Origin: Sphaerodactylus townsendi | Taxonomy: Eukaryota | Assembly (NCBI RefSeq): GCF_021028975.2 | Contig: NC_059432.1 | Span: 91,140,001 to 91,204,000 of the forward strand | DNA length: 64,000 nucleotides | Reading direction: 5' to 3' | Shown: positions 51,761 through 64,000 of the stretch, piece by piece | How the letters are laid out: every line of letters begins with the position of its first letter | Numbering within the stretch: the stretch's first letter is position 1 | Position numbers and translations under genes: made by a program | Notes under the pieces: model-generated | What the model was told of the DNA's origin: nothing | Database searches by the model: none | Seen by the model: the letters and a program-made list of their open reading frames with translations, nothing else

Positions 51761-52278
51761 CAGAGGTGGGATCCAGCAGGTTCTTACCAGTTCCCGAGAG
51801 TGGGTTACTAATTATTTGTGTGTGCCGAGAGGGGGTTACTAATTGGGTCCACTTTTCCATCTCCACGCCCTCGCCTCCCCAAGAGGCATACTGCCTTTGA
51901 ACGTGAAGGTTCCATATAGCAATTGTGACTAATAATGTAACTCCCTGAACTGGGTTAATCCCTTTCAGGTACTGCAATTCATTGATTCTCAGCCTTTCAT
52001 ACCTTTTATCTCACCAGTCTCTATCAAAGAACCTGTGTGTTTCACCATTGCTGTGTTCAGATTTGTGAGTTGGGGCATTTTCTACAATGTGATGATGATT
52101 TAGAAATGACCTGGTGCAAAAAAAATTGTTGGGGTCATGGTGGGGTGGCTGCCCATGGGGGGGCATCAAACTCAGGTTTTGCCCAGGGCTCAGGTTTGCC
52201 TAGGTATGCCTCTGCCTCCTTTGCTGAGGGGGGGCTGGCGAGGGAACCTGTTACTAAAATTTTTGGATCCCACCACTG
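51761..52278. mobile_element. hAT non-autonomous element (518 bp), same termini as 44258 in opposite orientation
   Basis: CAGAGGTGGGATCC / GGATCCCACCACTG; perfect 8-bp TSD GCTAAAAT. Confidence 0.92.
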
Positions 52279-52635
52279 GCTAAAATAGTATAGTAAAGAG
52301 AGACTTTCCACAGTGACCATGAATAAATGGTGGAGGGAAGATATCTCCTGGGAGATAGGAGAAGAATCCCTATGCCAGTTAGAAAGGGACTTATGCTCAG
52401 AGGAGGATTCCCTGTCTGGCATGATAGTGCTATGCTTAAGGTGCCTCATAAGGGAGATTTCTGTAAATTGGATGTTTTAACAGTGGAAAGGCTGTGCGTG
52501 TGCTGCGAGAAAGGGTACCAGCCTGTTTGAACCCAGAATCCTTTTTGAATCCATAAGCCAGTAACATCTAAGAGTAACACAAGACAAAACTGCAACTTTT
52601 TACAAACTAGAGCATCTAAGAAACTGAGAAACCTA

Positions 52636-53456
52636 GGGCCACTCCCCACTCACCATAAGCCGCGGGGTCACCTCTTTAAAAGACACGAGGAGGATGGACG
52701 TTCCCCACGTCACCAGCGCCCACTGCGCAGCTGCCCTTAATTTGCCGCTCTCCCACCTCGCTTATTGGCGCGGCAAATTGGAGTCCTCTGAAAAGAGCAA
52801 CATTTTCTAAAAAAAAACCCGCCCAGGTGCGGGGGGGGGTGGGGAACCTCGGCTGTTCTGGCCAGCGGCTGATTAAGCTCTGGCCAGCAGCTTCACTAAT
52901 CAGGAAACAGGAACCGCCATTTTGTTTTTGGGAGGAGTATCCCCGTCAGAAAGTGTTCGGAAGTTGAGAAGTGATGTACTGTAAGGCGTGCCAACATTGC
53001 TCTTTTTTGCTCTTTTTTGCTTTCGAGAGCTCTCCCGCTGTTTTGCAGCTTGGCAAAGTGCAGCTGAAGCACAGGGTTGTCGGCAGTGTAAAGCCGAGAA
53101 ACCGATGTTTACTTTCATTTTTCTGCCCAAGCAATTTGCAACAGGTAGTGATGTCAGCATGTGCAGACGTCTTAAAACAATGCGTTCAGCTTATTCAAAC
53201 GAACTTTTCGGGTCAGCCAATCAAAATGGAGCCCCGCCTTCGGCTGGCTGCAACTCCCACGTGTAAATGATGCACACGCAAGCCAGCCAATCAGAACGCT
53301 CGATTGCCTCTTTGACTCTTGATGTGGAACCCCGTGCTATTTCCTGAATGGAAAATTAGTGGGGAACAAATGTCTCCGTTGTCAAAAGCCACGGAGGCTT
53401 TTCTACGAGGGGTCGCTGCGGGGTTGCACTCAGATGAGGTAAGTGGGGAGTGGCCC
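52636..53456. mobile_element. CpG-rich PIF/Harbinger-type non-autonomous element (821 bp)
   Basis: 19-bp TIR GGGCCACTCCCCACT(C/T)ACC with one mismatch; TSD CTA/CTA; no transposase ORF. Confidence 0.92.
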
Positions 53457-55550
53457 CTAGAAAGCTTGATTAAATCCTATGCCTGTGACAGAAATGAAAG
53501 GTTGTATGTAGTTAACTCTTTCCTGGTTTTTATCTGTTGAAATAACTCCTAATTCCACCTTCAGTAAATACATTTGATTTTTGTATGTTGAGCTTGCTTC
53601 AGTTCACTAGTGCCTTAAAAGGAGGGGTTGGTTTTTAGATGCCGGTAATAAGGCTCTCTTCACTTTTCTGGAATTCCTTGGATTGTGCAGATAAGCCCCA
53701 AACCCCTCACATATTACCTGAAAGAGTGCTCAGTCTAAATAAAGTCAGGGAAACCTGTATCCACAGATAGAGAAGGGTGTTGAACACCACAGTTGCATTC
53801 AACATCTTCTGGATTGAATTAAGGTATATAAAAAATATAGATTCATAAAAGCCAGTCGTCATTTCTTATTTGTCCTACTTGTTCTGATACAAACAAGACT
53901 TTTGCTCTTGTCATTTAAAGTTTCTCGGACTTTGCTTGATGATCCTTCAGCCATTGTCTTCAGTTTGCGCTTTCCCTAATCTGTTGTATAATTTCATCGT
54001 ATTTTTGCCAATGTGTAAACGTCACAAAGTTCTTCCTTTCAACTCATTTAATTAATCTCATAAGCTTTGTCAAGTTTCATCTTTTGAAATCAGATGTGAC
54101 CTTATTGGATTATCTGGGTAACTTTTTGATTCCTATTATGCAAAATCTGAAATATATAGCTGTCCCATAAGGTTAAAGAGGACTTTCCTTCGGGCTTTAT
54201 GAACAGGTCTTCCAAAACACAGTCATTAATTATATGAAGAAATGTTGACTCTCTGTTCTGACCTGAATGTATGTTGTATCTGTGACTTGTTTTCTTTGGC
54301 TGTCTTCCAGGTTTTTTAAAAAAATCCATGCCAAGATCACCCTCATAATTTAATCAGAGGACAATAATTTGTCCTCAGTGCTGTATTAGTTTTGGGAGCT
54401 GGGGTTTCCATTCATAACATTTCTGTGGATCTGTTTATTCCTTTTATTTTCTGGAGAAAAACATTGCCAGAAATTCGATGTACTAGTGCTTCCATTTAAA
54501 TCTTTTGTGACCTGAGGCCAACATACCAAGAGTCATCTGCCGTGATAGTAGCCCCCATGACAATTTTGTTTTGCATAGCAGCACCACCGAACCCTATGAG
54601 CATGCATTCCATTGCTGCCTGCTTGGGGACTTCCTCTGTAGCCCTTCTGAGTAAAGTAAAGTGAGCCATTGAGTCACAGCCAAGGGCCATAAAATTTTGG
54701 CTGTGTATACACTTTCAAGCAGGTTCTGATAGCTATATTTCCTCTCTGTTATCAGATCACTTTATTTCAGAGTGGTATACTCTGAATCTCAGCAAGATTA
54801 AAGCAATTGGCTTGCCTTTGGAATCACTTCTCATGCTTATGAACGTGGAAGCCTGCAGATTAGTCAAGAACAGACTCTTGGATCTTGCATAATGCGATCC
54901 TTGCAGCTAAGACAACTTGTTCCCCTACTACATTGTTCATTCCATGTGAGCGTGGAGTTATGGCAGCATACCTTCGCATCTGGATTAACCCCACCCAGAG
55001 GAGAGCCTTGGCTACCGCACGATGTAATGTGTTACCATCAGCCCTTTTGGATAAGAGATACAAACATGTGGAACGTTCTAAAAAAGTTTGTTCTTGTGAT
55101 TTGGTTACTGTCAAAACACTTTGACCATTCTCTGTTTGCATGCCCCAAATATGATAAGATACGGATGAAATATATGAACTCCATTTTTGCAGTGTTCCCA
55201 ATGGCAAGAATGTTATAAAATTCCATATCTCCTGAATAGTTATGATGCACTTTTTTGTGAGAATGTTGCAAATTGACAATAATTTTAATAGATATATAGA
55301 TATGGATATAAACAAATCAATTAAGCATAGAGACATTAATAGTAAGCAGGGTCAATAAGGATTGCAGAAAGAATGCCAGACAAAACAGTAAAGTCTTTAG
55401 CCACTAGTGGAAGACAATGATAGAAGGGGACAGATGAATGTTCTTTGGGAGGAACTCCATAATCTTGGTGTCACAATTTAGAGGGCCTTTCTCAGATTCC
55501 TCGCCCTCAGATGTAGGGTTTCCCACTCTCGGTTGGTAAATATCTGTAGG

Positions 55551-55801
55551 CAGTGGCGGAGCTACAAGGGGATTGGGTGTGTGCATTGCACTGGGTGTGC
55601 GAAAATTGCCCCCCCCCCACTTCCCTTCCCCAATCATCAGGCCTGGCCCCACCCCACCAGCCTGGCCTGTTTTCAGCTGGCAGAAAGCTGTTTTCTGCCG
55701 GCTGGAAAAGGTAAGTGGGGGGGCATGGGGGAGGGGATGGACCGCAGGGATGGAAAACACGGAATGCGCCCTGGGTGCACTCCTGCCCAGCTACAGCCCT
55801 G
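55551..55801. mobile_element. hAT-type MITE (251 bp)
   Basis: CAGTGGCGGAGCT / AGCTACAGCCCTG termini; 8-bp TSD tctgtagg/cctgtagg. Confidence 0.82.
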
Positions 55802-58575
55802 CCTGTAGGCAAGGCATAAGCAGGAGGGGAAGACAAGGAAAATTAGATCTTGATAGAAATCATTTCTGTCAACCGAAACGATCCATGAGATCTAACCAAT
55901 TTTCCTCCTGTAGTACTTTTTGAAATGCTTAAAAAGCAGCTAAGATGTTTCGTAGATGAAATAAACTGTAGTATTTCACTAGCCATAACAATACATCTTC
56001 CAGTGTAGCTTTTGATTCTGCGTTCTGTTTTACTTTCAGGATAGGCACGAGTGTGCTGGCTTTTAAATGATTGCAATTGCCTTGATTTGATATAGTATTG
56101 CTGAAAAGAAAATGAGGTTGTTTGTTTGTTTAAAGATAAATATGCACTCCCAAAGCGGCTTGTTAGAATCAACATTTAAAAAAATACATTTAAATTCTGT
56201 GTTGGATTTAAGTTTGGTGGAAGGATGCCTGGTTCTTCTACCTCTTCATGATGGTTGGAAGCAGGAGAGAAGGAAGTTCTCTGCTGGCTCTGGAATTTAG
56301 GCCTGGTACAAGGGTGGCTTGCTTCTACTTCTCTCCTCTCCAATTGATGTATAAATTTCAGCAACATCAGGGGAAGGGGGCGTTGGTTAAAAAACAAAAT
56401 ACCCAGAGCTTCTTCACATGCCTGTTTTTAATTAAAGCATATTTTAATTAAAACAGGAGAACAATTTTGAGGAAATCTTTCTGCCAGATGGCGATTTCTA
56501 ATTTACCTCTGGTGTGTTGGATGCAACATGATTCTATTCTGATTAGATGAGATTGATTAGATATACAGGGTACATTTTTTTTGTTCTGCAAAAATAATTT
56601 GGCAATTTGTACCTTAATGAAAAGAACATGGGGTGAGGAAATGGAGATTGCTTTTCTGAAGACATCAAAAGAGGTAAGTATTGTGCAATTTATTTTATAG
56701 GCTTGGAGCATGCTACTTTTTAATAATGTTTAATTTTTATAGCTTTATATGTATATAAAATGGGCAACCAATCCAGAGTCCCCGGAGGCCAGGGGCAGTG
56801 CTGCTGCAATGCTCTACCACCTCCAGAGGGCTTTCCGTCAGCATGGGGAGAAAGGAAAAGGAAAAATGACCTGCTGCCAGAAAGCCCTCCAAAAGGGTCG
56901 TGTAAGTCCAGGACTTTGGCTGCAGAGCAACTGGCCATAAATCAGGGGTGGAAGCCAACTAACGTAGGTTCTACCCCCAGGAATGCCCTGGCTCACCCCC
57001 GCCCCCCACGCCAGCAGCCAATTGGGATGCCAGTGCAGCTCTGTGGAGGTCCAGACTTCCACTGTGGAGGTGAGAGGCGGCTGACCCCCAACACCTTTGC
57101 CCCCTCCACCGTTGTGGGTGATCCTTGTGCTGGAGGAGGGGGAAAACGTTCAGCCCCACTCTGTCTCCTCTAGAGGATTCGCCCCCCCCCCCTTATTGGT
57201 CCTCAAACAATATAAGGGCATATTTCTGACTTTGCTTTTATTGTCTGCATGAAGAAAAGGCAGTTGTTTCATAATCTTAAAAGCAGATGTTACAATTGTT
57301 CTCCTCTTTTCTCAAAACACCTTCAAGAAGTTTAAAGTAAAGATAAATACCATGGACGAGTGGTCACAGTGGGCAGTTCTCTTCACAATTTGCACAGGTA
57401 GTAAAGCTCCAGTATCTGTGATGGCGAGGTGCGTTGATGTTGCAGTTAATAACCTATAACTGGCGCTGTCATTTCCCCCTGTAGAGTTTTGGACAAATAC
57501 TAGAGTGTTACAGCCCTGGTTGATGATATCACTTCTGGGTTGCACTGGAATTGACATCACTGTGCCAGAGACACCTACTATCCTTCATCCACATTCAAGA
57601 AGTCTCCCTCCCATTATCTCCCATCAGTTGCCAGGATCCTTAGGTATCCTCCCTAGGTTCCTGCTTCTTTTGGGTTTTACATCTGTTTCTTTTGGCACCT
57701 TATGGTTGGATTGTTGATTTTTAGGCTATTCCTCATTTTATTGATTGTTATTTGGTCTGAAGTTTTTATTTTAATGATGATCTAGTTAAAATTTTGTTTT
57801 GAACTAGTTTGAGCAAAAGAAATGGAAGAAAAAAGTGCAAAACCAGTATTCGAAATACAGTGGATTGAAAGACAACATCTGTCCAAGAGCTTGATAGCTC
57901 CAATGTACTTAGCAAGTTCCTTTTCCCCATATAGTAGAATACCATATGTACACAGCCCCATCCTGGATCAGTCCCAGGAAAGTGATTTTAGGATTGCAGC
58001 ATAAATGGTGCCTATCAAAATTAACGTTGCTCATATAGTTATAAAGTGTTTAATATTTTTGAAATGTTTGTGACATTGTATGTTCTTAATTTTAAGAAAA
58101 ATAAAAAAGGAATGTCACTGTACTGGTATTTTTCTGACAATAATCACAGGTAACAGATTCTCCAACCATATACCGCTGTCAACATTCTGAGGAGAAACGC
58201 AAATTAACTTATTTTAAAACAGGCTCATGTTATACCCCTGCTACAATTTCAAAGCAATTTGTACAATTTCTTCTTCTGGTCTAGCAGGGGCTGTCATTTC
58301 AAGAAACAACAGAAAGGCTCTAAAATGGTGACATATAACTGGAAAATATCTGCTTGAAACAAGGGTATGGAGGAAGCTTTCCCTGTATTTCTGTCTGTTT
58401 AGTTTTCTTTTACCAAATACAAGCTAATTGGGAACATGGTAAGTGAAGCTTCATGTCATAGCCCCTGAGGTTGCCAGGATGATACTTCTGCCTCCCACCT
58501 TGACTGCCTGATCCTTAAAACACAGAGTGAGTAGAGCCACCTCATTTCCCCAAATCAAATATCTTGCTCTGTCAC

Positions 58576-58712
58576 CAGAGCCATAGTGAGGAGGAACTGC
58601 ACCCAGGGCATGCGTGTGTCCTATGCCCATGCCCCGGAACGCCAGTCCCCTGCACCAGTGCATGGCTGGTACGTCACTCCCCCTCCCCCGTCCCCTTAGT
58701 GCTACGCCACTG
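58576..58712. mobile_element. hAT-type MITE (137 bp), family of 5223
   Basis: CAGAGCCATAG / CTACGCCACTG; perfect 8-bp TSD TCTGTCAC. Confidence 0.88.
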
Positions 58713-58772
58713 TCTGTCACTATCAAGTCCATAAAAGCTGAGCTTTTTATTTGCTATGTGAAAATGTGGCAA

Positions 58773-59062
58773 AGTGATTAAGAGCAGGTGGACTCTATTC
58801 TGAAAAAACTGGGTTTGATTCCCCACTCCTCTACATGAGCGAAGGACTCTAATCTGGTGAACCAGGTTTGATTCTCCACTCCTCCACATAAAGCCTGCGG
58901 GATGACCTTGGGCTCGTCGCAGTTCTCTCAGAACTCTCTCAACCCCACCTACCTCACAAAGTGTCTGTTGTGGGGAGAAGAAAAGAAAGAGTTTGCAAGC
59001 CACCTTGAGTCTCCTTACAGGAGAGAAAGGTGGGGTATAAATCCAAACTTTCTTTTTTATTC
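58773..59062 (+). mobile_element. Squam3-type SINE
   Basis: ttaagagcaggtggactct...gggtttgattcccc...ggggtataaatccaaactttctt. Confidence 0.88.
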
Positions 59063-59854
59063 TTCTATCTCACACTTGTGAGAATTAGAAAGATTGCTGA
59101 TTAATTGGATGTCCTAGATATTCTAGGGTATTTCTTTGCCCTACCCCCTACTCAAAGAATCTGCAGTGACCATCATGGCCCTATCTCATTGGGATAATCA
59201 TGGAGCTGCCCCAAGCTAGGTGGACTCTTACCACAGAGCTATCTTATGCAAACCGACAAGCTGCCAGGGAACCTTCAGCACAGCTGGCTCCCAACAGCTT
59301 GATACAGACTAAAAGGGAAGGATACACCTGAGGATTATGTCAGCTGCAGCATCGGTTGTTAGAAGTCCAGCAACAGCCAGAGACAGCTGCAGAAGCAGGA
59401 GCAAGGCATATGTTCCAACAACGATGAAGGAATGTGGTGGCTGAGGGGAAAGAGCTTATGTCATGGGTGACGCTTGTTCGGTTATCATTCTGGATAATCA
59501 AATGCCAGTTAGTAAGGCTTTTACTGTGTATCATATTTTTTTCTTCACCCTTTCTTTCAAGAGCTCACAGCAGCATTCATCCCTTCCCATTTTGACCTCA
59601 TGATATGAGTTATGTTGAGAGAGACTGGCTCAGGTTCACCTAGTGAACCTCATGACAGAGGACAGATTTGAATTTACATCCCATCCCGTAACCCCCTCGT
59701 CTTTTATATTAGCTACATCATACTGGCTCTTCAGAAACACACTCCAAGATTTTTTTTAAAAAAAATAATACTAATAACAGGCAAAATTTATTAGTCCAGT
59801 AGGTGTAGATGGCAGCCCAGTTTAGAAGTAGTTCCAGAGGGTGATAGAATAGGT

Positions 59855-59972
59855 AGGTTTGAGTCTAGTAGCACCTAACAGACCAACAAGATTTTTGGGA
59901 TATTGAGCTTTTGATAATCAAAGCTCTCAGTGTCAGTTACAAGTAGGCATTCCACTGGACTGAAATCTAGCA
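59855..59972 (-). mobile_element. Degenerate Penelope-like terminus (second family)
   Basis: gagtctagtagcacc...gaccaacaagattt...gagcttttgataatcaaagctctc...gtcag, homologous to 26965. Confidence 0.5.
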
Positions 59973-60847
59973 GTTTAGATGTGGATTGTCTTTCTTCTCA
60001 TTGCAAATCAGTCCTTGTATTATGTGTTCATTTGTTTTCTACCCAGTGTTGTTTTAAACTGAGTGTGCATGATGTGAAGAGCCCCTAAAGCATTATCATT
60101 AATCACCCTTCCCAATATAATGGAGCAATCTTCAAGCACAGTTATGCTGTCATTGTTCCAGTGCACACTTTTTAAAAATCTCCCATGCCGAGCGGCTCTG
60201 TGAAGTATCAAATAAACTGGAGCATTCACTCCAGTGATCTCTAAGGAGCTTTGCTCATGTGTATCCTCCCCCACTACTTTTATGGGACAGACATTGTATG
60301 AGTGGGGCATCCAGAGGGTTGGATGTTGGTAGAGACACCCTGGATCTCCTATATGGCTGTAACAATGTGCCTACCCTGCGTGGAAGATTTTGAATGCAGT
60401 ACCAGGGGCTTTACCAAATGGAGCCAACAATTAATTCAGATGACTATCCTACTTAGTTCCACCTGCTGCCTGTTAACTTTCATGCTGCAGTCTGAAATTT
60501 TGCATATGCTTAGATTCCAAACACATAAAATATAGTACATTCCTCACTTTAAATGCTCACTTGAGAATCAAAATGCTTAATATGCACCATAAAAGCTATT
60601 TGCATATTATTACTTTGACTGTATTTGCAAGCAGCACTTGGCAACAGTCACTCCAAAGCATATTCCAAAGGTTCAAATTGTTTTCTTTTCGTTACTTTGC
60701 TCTTAAAGGTTTTGGTTATTTTGTGGAATAAGTGTTCTAAGAACGTTTAATCATAAGACCATAGAATTTCCCTCCTGGATCAAAGATCCATACAACCTAC
60801 AGGACAGCTTTGGAAGCCTTTGAAAAGTGGGATATAAATAAATAAAT

Positions 60848-61059
60848 GTATTGTTGAAGGCTTTCACATTCAGAATCAACTGGCGGTTGTTGGTTTGCTG
60901 AGCTGTGTGACCGTGGTCTGGTAATTTTAGCTCCTAATGTTTCACCCACATCTTACCGTGATATGCCTCTGAAGATGCCAGTCTTTGACCCTGGGCAAAA
61001 CTTTAGGAGCTAAAGCTACCAGACCATGGCCACACAGCACGGAAAACCCACATCAGCCA
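60848..61059. mobile_element. Penelope-like inverted-termini remnant (family of 19520)
   Basis: ttgttgaaggctttcac...ccgtggtctgg inverted against cctctgaagatgccag...ccagaccatggccacacag. Confidence 0.7.
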
Positions 61060-62582
61060 AATAAATGTGTCTCCAACAAAAACTCGCCAGAGGTCTCCAA
61101 AACATTTACCAGTAGAAAATGCACATGGAGGTCATGTGTTGATTGTCTGCTAATCAGAGCAGCAGTATCTCAGTATGGGAGTCTTGTTTTTAGAGGTAAA
61201 CACATTCCTAATAAAAACGCTCAATATCGTTCAGCCATTCTTTGTCAGAAAAATGCACCAATTCAATTCAATTGATTTTTGTGACCATCTCTAGACCTAG
61301 CATCTCTTTTTGAGATATGATTTCAAAAGTAGCCCAAAGGACATTGGACAGTACCAGCTTTTCTACTCAATCCTGCCTGATTCCCCTCCTCATTGTATGC
61401 CCTGTCCCAAGTAACCCCTTTCCTTGTTTATACAAGTTCCATGATTTTAGAATCTTTTGGAGGACAAAAAAGGCCTTTAATTCCTCTTTTGCTAGATGCT
61501 GGTAGGAGACAGCCCATTATTCTGAGATGAGGATACATAATGAAGTTTGACTCTCAGAAGGCTGGAAATCTTGTTGGTCTTTCAGGTGTTATGGGAGTTA
61601 AATCTGGCCTTCTACTGCTAAGGCTGACAAGCTCCTGATTGGAGCAGAAGTGAGGGGAGAGGAAATTCAAAATTGGCATGAATAAAAAAATAATAAAAAA
61701 CTTATTACTAGTGCTGCCAGCATGATGATGCTATTTTCAGGGAATACCCAGAAGCGATGATAGTAGCTCTAGGAATTTCTGGAAGCTCTATGGTAAAACC
61801 ATAGAGGTCCTGGTGATTCCTAGAACTATCCCCATCACTTCTGGGTATTTCCTGGAAGTGACATCATCTAGCTGGTGATGCACTCCCCATACTATGGCCC
61901 TGTCCTTTCACTCTCCTTCCAGTTGCCATCTTCGGCTTTGGCACTCTCCCACCAGACAAGCAACAGGTTTGGCCTGGCAAACATATCTACTGAAGATCAA
62001 GACAGCTACCCACCTGACACAACATTTCCTTGTAGAATTGCTTGCTTAAAAATAGTTTTTTTAAAAAAGTATCACAATAAAAACTGTGGGGTTTTTTTGC
62101 TATGACAGCTCTCACAGTTTATCTTAAAAGGCAAACGCATTTAGAATTTCTTGCTTGCTGAACACTGCAGCAAAATTAAAAGCATGCTAACATATCTACT
62201 ATGTGCTTATGAGCCATTAAATATTCCAAAATTGGCTGGCACCGAGGAAAGCGAAAATCTCTTATCTAAATAATGCAGATGAAAGGTGTTTGCATATATT
62301 CTCTTATTTTCCATAATTAATCCTGCTTATGCTAGCCACAGATGGTGCAAGAAATGCAAGACATTTGACAGTCAGATCTAAGAACATTGGAAGTCCAAGA
62401 CTGTTCATTTCTGGCTTCTGTATTTTCATCACAGCATGCATATAGCTAAATATTTTGTGGTAAGGGAGCATATAAGGTTTGGTAAGGATTGTGGGGGAGG
62501 TTGGAGATTGAATTAAACATTAACAAGGTACAATTTTGCTGTTTAAAATTTGAAACATGTCAAAATACTTGTTTTTCATCCC

Positions 62583-62868
62583 ATGGGTATTTGTATTTAT
62601 TGACTTGGATCCAGTGATGAGCAAGCAGAACACGGGTGAGTTTAGTGCACTTCCTCTTATCCATGATCTTGTGCAACACACAGTGCTTTGTACCCTCTAT
62701 AGTACAGGGCTGGAAAGTGCACAATTGTGCATTGGATCTTGCACAATAAGAAATACAAGTGGGGATATAAGTTTGATCAAATACAAGAGGCCACTGAGGT
62801 CTTTTTCTTACAACGCTGCTTGTGCCAGAGCTTTAGCACAAGTGGAAATTTGGTACTGGATCCAACCC
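62583..62868. mobile_element. Old MITE with TTGGATCCAG / CTGGATCCAA termini (relatives near 8330 and 31910)
   Basis: acttggatccagt ... actggatccaaccc, with a palindromic interior. Confidence 0.55.
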
Positions 62869-63377
62869 ACTCTGGAGAATCAGTCTTTTAATATTTTTTA
62901 CAAGGGAAATTGCCTGCATAGGTCTACTAATATTTCTATAGAAAAAAGTGCGTCAATAATGTTTTAAATGAATAATAGCTGAGAACCTATGGAAATGGCT
63001 TGGAATTCCCAATGGTTGACATTGACATCACTTCTGATGCTCTAGAGAAATGACACCATTAAATCGCTGGTGATGTATGGATGCTTAGGTACTTGGGCAA
63101 AAACTCTGTGGGACAATTGGGTCCTACCATAGAGTTTTGCCAAGTACCAGAGCACCCCCACATTGCTGGTGATGTGACAACATCACTTCTAATGCATGCT
63201 GAAAGTGACAACATCACGTCTGGTGCATGCCGGAAGTGATGCTGATGTGTCTCTGGCAACAATGATGGCCATAAGTTCCTCCATCATCTCCAATTTCTCA
63301 CCAGTTGCCATGTGGTACCTGGCAATCCTTTTCCTCACATTTTATATCTCATACTTCTTCTAAGGAGTCGAGAGGAA

Positions 63378-63524
63378 GGTGTTTTCATAGATGCCAAATA
63401 AAACCCTTCCAATCCAGTTTCAATGCACTTTGCATCTGGATTTGCTGAGTGAAACGGCAAAATCCACTTGCAAAGAATTGCTAAGTGGATTGAAAGTGGA
63501 TTATTCAGCACGTATGAAAGCACC
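63378..63524. mobile_element. Family-A-related MITE
   Basis: GGTGTTTTCATA / TATGAAAGCACC termini; caaaatccacttgcaaa...gtggattgaaagtg interior. Confidence 0.7.
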
Positions 63525-64000
63525 TGAAGAAGACAGATGAAAAAAAATCCTGTTTTTTTCTTTTAAAAAAGCAGTTAAAGAGATTGCGCTCACTAGGAGA
63601 TAACTATTAGGTTGTCCATGATTAGATAGAATATTTGATCACTCTGTACGGCATTTCATTGTGTCTCCAAGTCCAACATTCCAGTCACTAGAATGCAGTC
63701 ATCACTGAATATCCGCGTGAAACTAAAGGCAGCTGAACTTTACTGTGCCATCTCTTTGCTGCCAGGCCTGGAAGGAAAAAATGAAACCAGAAGTAAAGGA
63801 GTGAAGTTGACACCTTTTCCCCCCCAGATTGAGAAATTCCTGGAGATTATAGTTTGGGGAGTATAGCTTGGAGAGGGAGGAGTTTGGGAAGGGCATGGAG
63901 CTCCACAGGAATATGAGGCCGCAGAGTTTACCCTCTGGCGCATACATTTCCTCCATGGAAACTGATCTCAGTAATCTGAAAATCAGATAGAATTCTTATT

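Noticed and set aside
54988-55010. CTCF-like motifs (also ~39765, ~63930)
   Set aside because: Only partial matches, expected by chance in 64 kb.

Overview
Vertebrate (squamate, most likely gecko, judged from its SINE/MITE repertoire) genomic DNA. The only host coding sequence I can support is three + strand internal exons of IQCJ / the IQCJ-SCHIP1 read-through gene: 5926-5990, 7627-7707 and 12298-12448. Spliced, they give [99 protein letters not shown]. Exon 1 lies upstream of the window and the SCHIP1 core exons lie downstream. The rest is intron, packed with transposable elements: Squam3-type tRNA SINEs, a Sauria SINE, a 5S-headed SINE, L2 and CR1 3' fragments, hAT MITEs with 8-bp TSDs (including a SPIN MITE and a hAT1-like MITE), PIF/Harbinger-type MITEs with 3-bp TSDs, and Penelope-like termini with decayed hammerhead ribozyme cores. 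There are also two local duplications and two assembly gaps. I found no bacterial-type system such as CRISPR. The most novel-looking signal is that young CpG-rich Harbinger-type MITEs carry promoter motifs plus sense-strand splice donors, one of them just upstream of a well-formed cryptic micro-exon. Family names come from recall of consensus sequences and were not checked against databases.
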